From Balanoglossus misakiensis (lineage: Eukaryota > Animalia > Hemichordata), in contig CM082590.2 in the NCBI GenBank assembly GCA_040954595.2, positions 5,146,001-5,210,000 on the forward strand: a DNA stretch of 64,000 bases. The letters run 5' to 3'. The translations under genes and the position numbers were made by a program. A model generated the notes under the pieces. The model ran no database searches, had not been told where the DNA came from, and was given only the letters and a program-made list of their open reading frames with translations. Of the stretch, positions 24,310-38,000 are shown one piece after another (the first letter of the stretch is position 1; each line of letters starts with the position of its first letter).

Positions 24310-25016
24310 GGTGGCATTGCATGAAAAGTTGTGATTTTTGCCAAATTTTACTTTTTTATATTAATCGGTAGGCCTAATACTGACCCACATCCTGACTAAT
24401 GCGTCTTGGCGGAAATGTTGCATAATCACCCCAAAATAGCACTTTTCTGAATGAGTTCACAGCTTAACAAATAGGTGTCAACAATGCAAATGACCGTTTT
24501 TCTCAGTTTGCATTTTCGCTGCTCTTGACAACTTCAGAAGAATTTAGCTCAAATTTTAACAGGGGATTGTGTATGACCCATCCAACAAAACGATATTTTT
24601 GTTAGTCGATAAAGTGTCCCTTGCGGGAATAAACTCTGATTCAATACAACTCACCGTGAATTTGATCAAATTTTACTAAAAATCTAACTTTCAAACACTG
24701 TTACTTCTCAATGGAAGCAGATAACGCAAAACAAAATTACCATTTTTGCACGTGTACTCTAGTTTCGAATGACATACTAAGATGCATGAAGCATGGTCAA
24801 CTTTTTTACCTAATTTAAATTTAATGACATAATATCAAAAAATGGGTTTTTAAACCCAAAATCGCCATTATTTCCGGGGATCAATAATAGTTGCAACTCA
24901 AACAAAAGTTCAAAAACTCAGCTTCCAGATTATATATGGTTTATGGGGTTTTTAACGTTGTCTTTGATGAGAAATAGGCCTCTGAAAAAGTCTCGACGGT
25001 TTCATGCAATGCCACC
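24310..25016. mobile_element. TTAA-specific MITE (Kolobok-like termini), 707 bp
   Basis: Perfect 17-bp TIR GGTGGCATTGCATGAAA / TTTCATGCAATGCCACC. TTAA TSD at 24306-24309 and 25017-25020. Confidence 0.88.
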
Positions 25017-25207
25017 TTAATCACAAAATTAGTCGGCACATTCAAACAACATGTTAATGACAGTATGAGCAATACATCACGTGAATGAAGTGACATATCT
25101 CCACTTCGCAATACTCGGTGCAGGACTATGACATTACTCTAGGCAATGAAACGCGATCATGGTGACTATGATTCTAACTGAACCTGGTCTGCCACACACT
25201 TCAACTA

Positions 25208-25745
25208 CATAAAGCGTACGGGCGTTCCTCGCAGGCTTCCCCGTGCGTGGTTATGCTCTGGCCCGGTAGAATTAGTAAGGGAACGCGCCGTGTCTGTGTT
25301 CTTTAAGCAGGCGCGGTGTATAAATCCTAGAGACAGGAGGGAGGGCTGCAGGCGGGACGTCTCTCCTCGGTGGGACCTCGCTCAAGTCCGCGCCGAGTAG
25401 AAAGAGAACGCGCCGTGTTGGCGTCTTTAAGTAGGCGCGGTCTAGAGACAAACCTGGCCGACCCCCAGAGAGTACGGGTTCCCTTCCGCACTCAACGGGA
25501 GGAATGGGCAGTGTCCCCGGCCTGGCAGGAAGGGAAACGCCCGTACCGTACCGTTTTGGCTGTTGTCGGCTCCTCCGAGGTTTCGCCGTCGTCGCCAACG
25601 GTAAGTACGGTTGCACTGGGCTCAACTGGACCTGGTCGCATCTTAATTTCCGAGGGGTGAGGGTAAAAATCCTGTACCTGGAATCTGATTTTATTGTCCC
25701 TCCGTGTGTACGCGTGCCAGAACTCTATATAAGGGGGAGTAGGGA
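25208..25745. mobile_element. 538-bp GC-rich structured insertion flanked by a perfect 20-bp direct repeat
   Basis: TCTGCCACACACTTCAACTA at 25188-25207 and 25746-25765. Abrupt GC increase between the two copies; no TIR and no poly-A tail. Confidence 0.75.
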
Positions 25746-26030
25746 TCTGCCACACACTTCAACTATAGAGCATACGGGGTGTTGTTTTACGTGCAAGTAT
25801 ATTTCATGAACTATATTTCAGTTTAAAATAAATATATCTGTTAAATACGCGATAAAATAAAGATCACTGCCAAGTTTATACATGTAATGTTCAGTGGCTA
25901 AATTTGATCAAAAAACACTATGCAGCTCAGAGAAGCAGTTCACTGACTTCACTGCGCATAACGATTCTCGTTCAGATAAGAAGAATGAGTTGGAGTAAAT
26001 ATCGGCGGAGACAACACAGGTATTTGATAA

Positions 26031-29000
26031 GATTAAATGTGGTTACATTCCTGGGTAGATTGAAAGATTCAGTCGTGTGCTATCACTCCGGCGCATTGCT
26101 TGTTACCCTTAAAAGTGGGCAGCGCGCTGGACCGCCCGCTCAGGTCTGATTAAATTTGGTCAGATTCCTGGGTAGATTGAAAGATTCAGTCATGTGCTAG
26201 CACTCCGGCGCATTGCTTGTTACCCTTAAAAGTGGGCAGCGCGCTGGACCACCCGCTCAGGTCTGATTAAATTTGGTCAAATTCCTGGATAGATTGGAAG
26301 ATTCAGTCGTGTGCTATCACTCCGGCGCATTGCTTGTTACCCTTAAAAGTGGGCAGCGCGCTGGACCGCCCGCTCAGGTCTGATTAAATTTGGTCAGATT
26401 CCTGGGTAGATTGAAAGATTCAGTCATGTGCTAGCACTCCGGCGCATTGCTTGTTACCCTTAAAAGTGGGCAGCGCGCTGGACCACCCGCTCAGGTCTGA
26501 TTAAATTTGGTCAAATTCCTGGATAGATTGGAAGATTCAGTCGTGTGCTAGCACTCCGGCGCATTGCTTGTTACCCTTAAAAGTGGGCAGCGCGCTGGAC
26601 TACACGATCAGGTCTGATTAAATTTGGTCAAATTCCTGGGTAGATTGAAAGATTCAGTCGTGTGCTAGCACTCCGGCGCATTGCTTGTTACCCTTAAAAG
26701 TGGGCAGCGCGCTGGACTACACGATCAGGTCTGATTAAATTTGGTCACATTCCTGGGTAGATTGAAAGATTCAGTCGTGTGCTAGCACTCCGGCGCATTG
26801 CTTGTTACCCTTAAAAGTGGGCAGCGCGCTGGACCGCCCGCTCAGGTCTGATTGAATTTGGTCACATTCCTGGGTAGATTGAAAGATTCAGTCGTGTGCT
26901 AGCACTCCGGCGCATTGCTTGTTACCCTTAAAAGTGGGCAGGGCGCTGTACCACTCGCTCAGGTCTGATTAAATTTGGTCAAATTCCTGGGTAGATTGAA
27001 AGATTCAGTCGTGTGCTAGCACTCCGGCGCATTGCTTGTTACCCTTAAAAGTGGTCAGCGCGCTGGACCGCCCGCTCAGGTCTGATTACATTTGGTCACA
27101 TTCCTGGGTAGATTGAAAGATTCAGTGGTGTGCTAGCACTCCGGCGCATTGCTTGTTACGCTTAAAAGTGGGCAGGGCGCTGGACCACCCGCTCAGGTCT
27201 GATTAAATTTGGTCAGATTCCTGGGTAGATTGAAAGATTCAGTCATGTGCTAGCACTCCGGCGCATTGCTTGTTACCCTTAAAAGTGGGCAGGGCGCTGG
27301 ACCGCCCGCTCAGGTCTGATTAAATTTGGTCACATTCCCGGGTAGATTGAAAGATTCAGTCGTGTGCTAGCACTCCGGCGCATTGCTTGTTACCCTTAAA
27401 AGTGGGCAGGGCGCTGTACCACTTGCTCAGGTCTGATTAAATTTGGTCACATTCCTGGGTAGATTGAAAGATTCAGTCGTGTGCTAGCACTCCGGCGCAT
27501 TGCTTGTTACCCTTAAAAGTGGGCAGGGCGCTGTACCACTCGCTCAGGTCTGATTAAATGTGGTCAAATTCCTGGGTAGATTGAAAGATTCAGTCGTGTG
27601 CTAGCACTCCGGCGCATTGCTTGTTACCCTTAAAAGTGGTCAGCGCGCTGGACCACCCGCTCAGGTCTGATTACATTTGGTCAGATTCCTGGGTAGATTG
27701 AAAGATTCAGTCGTGTGCTAGCACTCCGGCGCATTGCTTGTTACGCTTAAAAGTGGGCAGGGCGCTGGACCACCCGCTCAGGTCTGATTACATTTGGTCA
27801 AATTCCTGGGTAGATTGAAAGATTCAGTCGTGTGCTAGCACTCCGGCGCATTGCTTGTTACCCTTAAAAGTGGTCAGCGCGCTGGACCACCCGCTCAGGT
27901 CTGATTAAATTTGGTCAAATTCCTGGGTAGATTGAAAGATTCAGTCGTGTGCTAGCACTCCGGCGCATTGCTTGTTACCCTTAAAAGTGGGCAGGGCGCT
28001 GTACCACTCGCTCAGGTCTGATTAAATGTGGTCAAATTCCTGGGTAGATTGAAAGATTCAGTCGTGTGCTAGCACTCCGGCGCATTGCTTGTTACGCTTA
28101 AAAGTGGGCAGGGCGCTGGACCACCCGCTCAGGTCTGATTACATTTGGTCAGATTCTTGGGTAGATTGAAAGATTCAGTCGTTTGTGGGCACTCCGGCGC
28201 ATTGCTTGTTACGCTTAAAAGTGGGCAGGGCGCTGTACCACTCGCTCAGGTCTGATTAAATTTGGTCAAATTCCTGAGTAGATTGAAAGATTCAGTCGTG
28301 TGCTAGCACTTCGGCGCATTGCTTGTTACCCTTAAAAGTGGTCAGCGCGCTGGACCACCCGCGCAGGTCTGATTACATTTGGTCAGATTCCTGGGTAGAT
28401 TGAAAGATTCAGTGGTGTGCTAGCACTCCGGCGCATTGCTTGTTACCCTTAAAAGTGGGCAGGGCGCTGGACCACCCGCTCAGGTCTGATTACATTTGGT
28501 CAGATTCCTGGGTAGATTGAAAGATTCAGTCGTGTGCTAGCACTCCGGTGCATTGCTTGTTACGCTTAAAAGTGGGCAGGGCGCTGTACCACTCGCTCAG
28601 GTCTGATTAAATTTGGTCAAATTCCTGGGTAGATTGAAAGATTCAGTTGTGTGCTAGCACTCCGGCGCATTGCTTGTTACGCTTAAAAGTGGGCAGGGCG
28701 CTGTACCACTCGCTCAGGTCTGATTAAATTTGGTCAAATTCCTGGGTAGATTGAAAGATTCAGTCGTGTGCTAGCACTCCGGCGCATTGCTTGTTACGCT
28801 TAAAAGTGGGCAGGGCGCTGTACCACTCGCTCAGGTCTGATTAAATTTGGTCAAATTCCTGGGTAGATTGAAAGATTCAGTCGTGTGCTAGCACTCCGGC
28901 GCATTGCTTGTTACCCTTAAAAGTGGGCAGGGCGCTGTACCACTCGCTCAGGTCTGATTAAATTTGGTCAAATTCCTGGGTAGATTGAAAGATTCAGTCG

Positions 29001-32000
29001 TGTGCTAGCACTCCGGCGCATTGCTTGTTACCCTTAAAAGTGGGCAGGGCGCTGTACCACTCGCTCAGGTCTGATTAAGTTTGGTCAAATTCCTGGGTAG
29101 ATTGAAAGATTCAGTCGTGTGCTAGCACTCCGGCGCATTGCTTGTTACCCTTAAAAGTGGTCAGCGCGCTGGACAACCCGCTCAGGTCTGATTACATTTG
29201 GTCACATTCCTGGGTAGATTGAAAGATTCAGTCATGTGCTAGCACTCCGGCGCATTGCTTGTTACGCTTAAAAGTGGGCAGGGCGCTGTACCACTCGCTC
29301 AGGTCTGATTAAATTTGGTCAAATTCCTGGGTAGATTGAAAGATTCAGTCGTGTGCTAGCACTCCGGCGCATTGCTTGTTACCCTTAAAAGTGGGCAGGG
29401 CGCTGTACCACTCGCTCAGGTCTGATTAAATTTGGTCACATTCCTGGGTAGATTGAAAGATTCAGTCGTGTGCTATCACTCCGGCGCATTGCTTGTTACG
29501 CTTAAAAGTGGGCAGGGCGCTGTACCACTCGCTCAGGTCTGATTAAATTTGGTCAGATTCCTGGGTAGATTGAAAGATTCAGTCGTGTGCTAGCACTCCG
29601 GCGCATTGCTTGTTACCCTTAAAAGTGGGCAGGGCGCTGTACCACTCGCTCAGGTCTGATTAAATTTGGTCAAATTCCTGGGTAGATTGAAAGATTCAGT
29701 CGTGTGCTAGCACTCCGGCGCATTGCTTGTTACCCTTAAAAGTGGGCAGGGCGCTGTACCACTCGCTCAGGTCTGATTAAATTTGGTCACATTCCTGGGT
29801 AGATTGAAAGATTCAGTCGTGTGCTAGCACTCCGGCGCATTGCTTGTTACCCTTAAAAGTGGGCAGGGCGCTGTACCACTCGCTCAGGTCTGATTAAATT
29901 TGGTCAAATTCCTGGGTAGATTGAAAGATTCAGTCGTGTGCTAGCACTCCGGCGCATTGCTTGTTACCCTTAAAAGTGGGCAGGGCGCTGTACCACTCGC
30001 TCAGGTCTGATTAAATTTGGTCACATTCCTGGGTAGATTGAAAGATTCAGTCGTGTGCTAGCACTCCGGCGCATTGCTTGTTACCCTTAAAAGTGGGCAG
30101 CGCGCTGTACCACTCGCTCAGGTCTGATTAAATTTGGTCACATTCCTGGGTAGATTGAAAGATTCAGTCGTGTGCTAGCACTCCGGCGCATTGCTTGTTA
30201 CCCTTAAAAGTGGGCAGCGCGCTGTACCACTCGCTCAGGTCTGATTAAATTTGGTCACATTCCTGGGTAGATTGAAAGATTCAGTCGTGTGCTAGCACTC
30301 CGGCGCATTGCTAGTTACCCTTAAAAGTGGTCAGCGCGCTGGACCACCCGCTCAGGTCTGATTACATTTGGTCAGATTCCTGGGTAGATTGAAAGATTCA
30401 GTCGTGTGCTAGCACTCCGGCGCATTGCTTGTTACCCTTAAAAGTGGGCAGGGCGCTGTACCACTCGCTCAGGTCTGATTAAATTTGGTCAGATTCCTGG
30501 GTAGATTGAAAGATTCAGTCGTGTGCTAGCACTCCGGCGCATTGCTTGTTACCCTTAAAAGTGGGCAGCGCGCTGTACCACTCGCTCAGGTCTGATTACA
30601 TTTGGTCAGATTCCTGGGTACATTGAAAGATTCAGTCGTGTGCTAGCACTCCGGCGCATTGCTTGTTACCCTTAAAAGTGGGCAGGGCGCTGTACCACTC
30701 GCTCAGGTCTGATTAAATTTGGTCACATTCCTGGGTAGATTGAAAGATTCAGTCGTGTGCTAGCACTCCGGCGCATTGCTTGTTACCCTTAAAAGTGGGC
30801 AGCGCGCTGTACCACTCGCTCAGGTCTGATTAAATTTGGTCACATTCCTGGGTAGATTGAAAGATTCAGTCGTGTGCTAGCACTCCGGCGCATTGCTTGT
30901 TACGCTTAAAAGTGGGCAGGGCGCTGTACCACTCGCTCAGGTCTGATTAAATGTGGTCAAATTCCTGGGTAGATTGAAAGATTCAGTCGTGTGCTAGCAC
31001 TCCGGTGCATTGCTTGTTACGCTTAAAAGTGGGCAGGGCGCTGTACCACTCGCTCAGGTCTGATTAAATTTGGTCAAATTCCTGGGTAGATTGAAAGATT
31101 CAGTCGTGTGCTAGCACTCCGGCGCATTGCTTGTTACGCTTAAAAGTGGGCAGGGCGCTGTACCACTCGCTCAGGTCTGATTAAATTTGGTCAAATTCCT
31201 GGGTAGATTGAAAGATTCAGTCGTGTGCTAGCACTCCGGCGCATTGCTTGTTACCCTTAAAAGTGGGCAGCGCGCTGTACCACTCGCTCAGGTCTGATTG
31301 AATTTGGTCACATTCCTGGGTAGATTGAAAGATTCAGTCGTGTGCTAGCACTCCGGCGCATTGCTTGTTACCCTTAAAAGTGGGCAGGGCGCTGTACCAC
31401 TCGCTCAGGTCTGATTAAGTTTGGTCAAATTCCTGGGTAGATTGAAAGATTCAGTCGTGTGCTAGCACTCCGGCGCATTGCTTGTTACCCTTAAAAGTGG
31501 TCAGCGCGCTGGACAACCCGCTCAGGTCTGATTACATTTGGTCACATTCCTGGGTAGATTGAAAGATTCAGTCATGTGCTAGCACTCCGGCGCATTGCTT
31601 GTTACGCTTAAAAGTGGGCAGGGCGCTGTACCACTCGCTCAGGTCTGATTAAATTTGGTCAAATTCCTGGGTAGATTGAAAGATTCAGTCGTGTGCTAGC
31701 ACTCCGGCGCATTGCTTGTTACCCTTAAAAGTGGTCAGCGCGCTGTACCACTAGCTCAGGTCTGATTAAATTTGGTCACATTCCTGGGTAGATTGAAAGA
31801 TTCAGTCGTGTGCTAGCACTCCGGCGCATTGCTTGTTACCCTTAAAAGTGGGCAGCGCGCTGTACCACTCGCTCAGGTCTGATTAAATTTGGTCAAATTC
31901 CTGGGTAGATTGAAAGATTCAGTCATGTGCTAGCACTCCGGCGCATTGCTTGTTACGCTTAAAAGTGGGCAGGGCGCTGGACAACCCGCTCAGGTCTGAT

Positions 32001-35000
32001 TACATTTGGTCACATTCCTGGGTAGATTGAAAGATTCAGTCATGTGCTAGCACTCCGGCGCATTGCTTGTTACGCTTAAAAGTGGGCAGGGCGCTGTACC
32101 ACTCGCTCAGGTCTGATTAAGTTTGGTCAAATTCCTGGGTAGATTGAAAGATTCAGTCGTGTGCTAGCACTCCGGCGCATTGCTTGTTACCCTTAAAAGT
32201 GGGCAGGGCGCTGTACCACTCGCTCAGGTCTGATTAAGTTTGGTCAAATTCCTGGGTAGATTGAAAGATTCAGTCGTGTGCTAGCACTCCGGCGCATTGC
32301 TTGTTACCCTTAAAAGTGGTCAGCGCGCTGGACAACCCGCTCAGGTCTGATTACATTTGGTCACATTCCTGGGTAGATTGAAAGATTCAGTCATGTGCTA
32401 GCACTCCGGCGCATTGCTTGTTACGCTTAAAAGTGGGCAGGGCGCTGTACCACTCGCTCAGGTCTGATTAAATTTGGTCAAATTCCTGGGTAGATTGAAA
32501 GATTCAGTCGTGTGCTAGCACTCCGGCGCATTGCTTGTTACCCTTAAAAGTGGTCAGCGCGCTGTACCACTAGCTCAGGTCTGATTAAATTTGGTCACAT
32601 TCCTGGGTAGATTGAAAGATTCAGTCGTGTGCTAGCACTCCGGCGCATTGCTTGTTACCCTTAAAAGTGGGCAGCGCGCTGTACCACTCGCTCAGGTCTG
32701 ATTAAATTTGGTCAAATTCCTGGGTAGATTGAAAGATTCAGTCATGTGCTAGCACTCCGGCGCATTGCTTGTTACGCTTAAAAGTGGTCAGCGCGCTGGA
32801 CAACCCGCTCAGGTCTGATTACATTTGGTCACATTCCTGGGTAGATTGAAAGATTCAGTCATGTGCTAGCACTCCGGCGCATTGCTTGTTACGCTTAAAA
32901 GTGGGCAGGGCGCTGTACCACTCGCTCAGGTCTGATTAAATTTGGTCAAATTCCTGGGTAGATTGAAAGATTCAGTCGTGTGCTAGCACTCCGGCGCATT
33001 GCTTGTTACCCTTAAAAGTGGGCAGCGCGCTGTACCACTAGCTCAGGTCTGATTAAATTTGGTCACATTCCTGGGTAGATTGAAAGATTCAGTCGTGTGC
33101 TAGCACTCCGGCGCATTGCTTGTTACGCTTAAAAGTGGGCAGGGCGCTGTACCACTCGCTCAGGTCTGATTAAATTTGGTCACATTCCTGGGTAGATTGA
33201 AAGATTCAGTCGTGTGCTAGCACTCCGGCGCATTGCTTGTTACCCTTAAAAGTGGGCAGGGCGCTGTACCACTCGCTCAGGTCTGATTAAATTTGGTCAA
33301 ATTCCTGGGTAGATTGAAAGATTCAGTCGTGTGCTAGCACTCCGGCGCATTGCTTGTTACCCTTAAAAGTGGTCAGCGCGCTGTACCACTAGCTCAGGTC
33401 TGATTAAATTTGGTCACATTCCTGGGTAGATTGAAAGATTCAGTCGTGTGCTAGCACTCCGGCGCATTGCTTGTTACCCTTAAAAGTGGGCAGCGCGCTG
33501 TACCACTCGCTCAGGTCTGATTAAATTTGGTCAAATTCCTGGGTAGATTGAAAGATTCAGTCATGTGCTAGCACTCCGGCGCATTGCTTGTTACGCTTAA
33601 AAGTGGGCAGGGCGCTGGACAACCCGCTCAGGTCTGATTACATTTGGTCACATTCCTGGGTAGATTGAAAGATTCAGTCATGTGCTAGCACTCCGGCGCA
33701 TTGCTTGTTACGCTTAAAAGTGGGCAGGGCGCTGTACCACTCGCTCAGGTCTGATTAAGTTTGGTCAAATTCCTGGGTAGATTGAAAGATTCAGTCGTGT
33801 GCTAGCACTCCGGCGCATTGCTTGTTACCCTTAAAAGTGGGCAGGGCGCTGTACCACTCGCTCAGGTCTGATTAAGTTTGGTCAAATTCCTGGGTAGATT
33901 GAAAGATTCAGTCGTGTGCTAGCACTCCGGCGCATTGCTTGTTACCCTTAAAAGTGGTCAGCGCGCTGGACAACCCGCTCAGGTCTGATTACATTTGGTC
34001 ACATTCCTGGGTAGATTGAAAGATTCAGTCATGTGCTAGCACTCCGGCGCATTGCTTGTTACGCTTAAAAGTGGGCAGGGCGCTGTACCACTCGCTCAGG
34101 TCTGATTAAATTTGGTCAAATTCCTGGGTAGATTGAAAGATTCAGTCGTGTGCTAGCACTCCGGCGCATTGCTTGTTACCCTTAAAAGTGGTCAGCGCGC
34201 TGTACCACTAGCTCAGGTCTGATTAAATTTGGTCACATTCCTGGGTAGATTGAAAGATTCAGTCGTGTGCTAGCACTCCGGCGCATTGCTTGTTACCCTT
34301 AAAAGTGGGCAGCGCGCTGTACCACTCGCTCAGGTCTGATTAAATTTGGTCAAATTCCTGGGTAGATTGAAAGATTCAGTCATGTGCTAGCACTCCGGCG
34401 CATTGCTTGTTACGCTTAAAAGTGGTCAGCGCGCTGTACCACTCGCTCAGGTCTGATTAAATTTGGTCAAATTCCTGGGTAGATTGAAAGATTCAGTCGT
34501 GTGCTAGCACTCCGGCGCATTGCTTGTTACCCTTAAAAGTGGGCAGCGCGCTGTACCACTAGCTCAGGTCTGATTAAATTTGGTCACATTCCTGGGTAGA
34601 TTGAAAGATTCAGTCGTGTGCTAGCACTCCGGCGCATTGCTTGTTACGCTTAAAAGTGGGCAGGGCGCTGTACCACTCGCTCAGGTCTGATTAAATTTGG
34701 TCACATTCCTGGGTAGATTGAAAGATTCAGTCGTGTGCTAGCACTCCGGCGCATTGCTTGTTACCCTTAAAAGTGGGCAGGGCGCTGTACCACTCGCTCA
34801 GGTCTGATTAAATTTGGTCACATTCCTGGGTAGATTGAAAGATTCAGTCGTGTGCTATCACTCCGGCGCATTGCTTGTTACGCTTAAAAGTGGGCAGGGC
34901 GCTGTACCACTCGCTCAGGTCTGATTAAATTTGGTCAGATTCCTGGGTAGATTGAAAGATTCAGTCGTGTGCTAGCACTCCGGCGCATTGCTTGTTACCC

Positions 35001-38000
35001 TTAAAAGTGGTCAGCGCGCTGTACCACTCGCTCAGGTCTGATTACATTTGGTCAGATTCCTGGGTACATTGAAAGATTCAGTCGTGTGCTAGCACTCCGG
35101 TGCATTGCTTGTTACGCTTAAAAGTGGGCAGGGCGCTGTACCACTCGCTCAGGTCTGATTACATTTGGTCACATTCCTGGGTAGATTGAAAGATTCAGTC
35201 GTGTGCTAGCACTCCGGCGCATTGCTTGTTACGCTTAAAAGTGGGCAGGGCGCTGTACCACTCGCTCAGGTCTGATTAAATTTGGTCACATTCCTGGGTA
35301 GATTGAAAGATTCAGTCGTGTGCTAGCACTCCGGCGCATTGCTAGTTACCCTTAAAAGTGGTCAGCGCGCTGGACCACCCGCTCAGGTCTGATTACATTT
35401 GGTCAGATTCCTGGGTAGATTGAAAGATTCAGTCGTGTGCTAGCACTCCGGCGCATTGCTTGTTACCCTTAAAAGTGGGCAGGGCGCTGTACCACTCGCT
35501 CAGGTCTGATTAAATTTGGTCAGATTCCTGGGTAGATTGAAAGATTCAGTCGTGTGCTAGCACTCCGGCGCATTGCTTGTTACCCTTAAAAGTGGGCAGC
35601 GCGCTGTACCACTCGCTCAGGTCTGATTACATTTGGTCAGATTCCTGGGTACATTGAAAGATTCAGTCGTGTGCTAGCACTCCGGCGCATTGCTTGTTAC
35701 CCTTAAAAGTGGGCAGGGCGCTGTACCACTCGCTCAGGTCTGATTAAATTTGGTCACATTCCTGGGTAGATTGAAAGATTCAGTCGTGTGCTAGCACTCC
35801 GGCGCATTGCTTGTTACCCTTAAAAGTGGGCAGCGCGCTGTACCACTCGCTCAGGTCTGATTAAATTTGGTCACATTCCTGGGTAGATTGAAAGATTCAG
35901 TCGTGTGCTAGCACTCCGGCGCATTGCTTGTTACGCTTAAAAGTGGGCAGGGCGCTGTACCACTCGCTCAGGTCTGATTAAATGTGGTCAAATTCCTGGG
36001 TAGATTGAAAGATTCAGTCGTGTGCTAGCACTCCGGCGCATTGCTTGTTACCCTTAAAAGTGGTCAACGCGCTGGACCACCCGCTCAGGTCTGATTAAAT
36101 TTGGTCACATTCCTGGGTAGATTGAAAGATTCAGTCGTGTGCTAGCACTCCGGCGCATTGCTTGTTACCCTTAAAAGTGGTCAACGCGCTGGACCACCCG
36201 CTCAGGTCTGATTAAATTTGGTCACATTCCTGGGTAGATTGAAAGATTCAGTCGTGTGCTAGCACTCCGGCGCATTGCTTGTTACCCTTAAAAGTGGTCA
36301 ACGCGCTGGACCACCCGCTCAGGTCTGATTAAATGTGGTCAAATTCCTGTGTAGATTGAAAGATTCAGTCGTGTGCTAGCACTCCGGCGCATTGCTTGTT
36401 ACCCTTAAAAGTGGTCAACGCGCTGGACCACCCGCTCAGGTCTGATTAAATTTGGTCACATTCCTGGGTAGATTGAAAGATTCAGTCGTGTGCTAGCACT
36501 CCGGCGCATTGCTTGTTACCCTTAAAAGTGGTCAACGCGCTGGACTACACGCTCAGGTCTGATTAAATTTGGTCACATTCCTGGGTAGATTGAAAGATTC
36601 AGTCGTGTGCTAGCACTCCGGCGCATTGCTTGTTACGCTTAAAAGTGGGCAGGGCGCTGTACCACTCGCTCAGGTCTGATTAAATGTGGTCAAATTCCTG
36701 GGTAGATTGAAAGATTCAGTCGTGTGCTAGCACTCCGGCGCATTGCTTGTTACCCTTAAAAGTGGTCAGCGCGCTGGACCACCCGCTCAGGTCTGATTAC
36801 ATTTGGTCAGATTCCTGGGTAGATTGAAAGATTCAGTCGTGTGCTAGCACTCCGGCGCATTGCTTGTTACGCTTAAAAGTGGGCAGGGCGCTGTACCACT
36901 CGCTCAGGTCTGATTAAATGTGGTCAAATTCCTGGGTAGATTGAAAGATTCAGTCGTGTGCTAGCACTCCGGCGCATTGCTTGTTACCCTTAAAAGTGGT
37001 CAGCGCGCTGGACCACCCGCTCAGGTCTGATTACATTTGGTCAGATTCCTGGGTAGATTGAAAGATTCAGTCGTGTGCTAGCACTCCGGCGCATTGCTTG
37101 TTACCCTTAAAAGTGGTCAGCGCGCTGGACCACCCGCTCAGGTCTGATTACATTTGGTCAGATTCCTGGGTAGATTGAAAGATTCAGTCGTGTGCTAGCA
37201 CTCCGGCGCATTGCTTGTTATCCTTAAAAGTGGGCAGCGCGCTGTACCACTAGCTCAGGTCTGATTAAATTTGGTCACATTCCTGGGTAGATTGAAAGAT
37301 TCAGTCGTGTGCTAGCACTCCGGCGCATTGCTTGTTACGCTTAAAAGTGGGCAGGGCGCTGTACCACTCGCTCAGGTCTGATTAAATTTGGTCACATTCC
37401 TGGGTAGATTGAAAGATTCAGTCGTGTGCTAGCACTCCGGCGCATTGCTTGTTACGCTTAAAAGTGGGCAGCGCGCTGTACCACTCGCTCAGGTCTGATT
37501 AAATTTGGTCACATTCCTGGGTAGATTGAAAGATTCAGTCGTGTGCTAGCACTCCGGCGCATTGCTAGTTACGCTTAAAAGTGGGCAGGGCGCTGTACCA
37601 CTCGCTCAGGTCTGATTAAATTTGGTCAGATTCCTGGGTAGATTGAAAGATTCAGTCGTGTGCTAGCACTCCGGCGCATTGCTTGTTACCCTTAAAAGTG
37701 GTCAGCGCGCTGGACCGCCCGCTCAGGTCTGATTACATTTGGTCACATTCCTGGGTAGATTGAAAGATTCAGTGGTGTGCTAGCACTCCGGCGCATTGCT
37801 TGTTACGCTTAAAAGTGGGCAGGGCGCTGGACCACCCGCTCAGGTCTGATTAAATTTGGTCAGATTCCTGGGTAGATTGAAAGATTCAGTCATGTGCTAG
37901 CACTCCGGCGCATTGCTTGTTACCCTTAAAAGTGGGCAGGGCGCTGGACCGCCCGCTCAGGTCTGATTAAATTTGGTCACATTCCCGGGTAGATTGAAAG

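Noticed and set aside
25272-25809. Four overlapping short ORFs in the GC-rich insertion
   Set aside because: Expected by chance at high GC content; no recognisable motifs.
26146-26200. Hammerhead ribozyme in the satellite (CTGATTA-stem-GAAA)
   Set aside because: The core has U in place of the essential G8 (CUGAUUA, not CUGANGA), and I found no compatible stem III/NUH or stem I. The motif is formed only by the insert/host junction.
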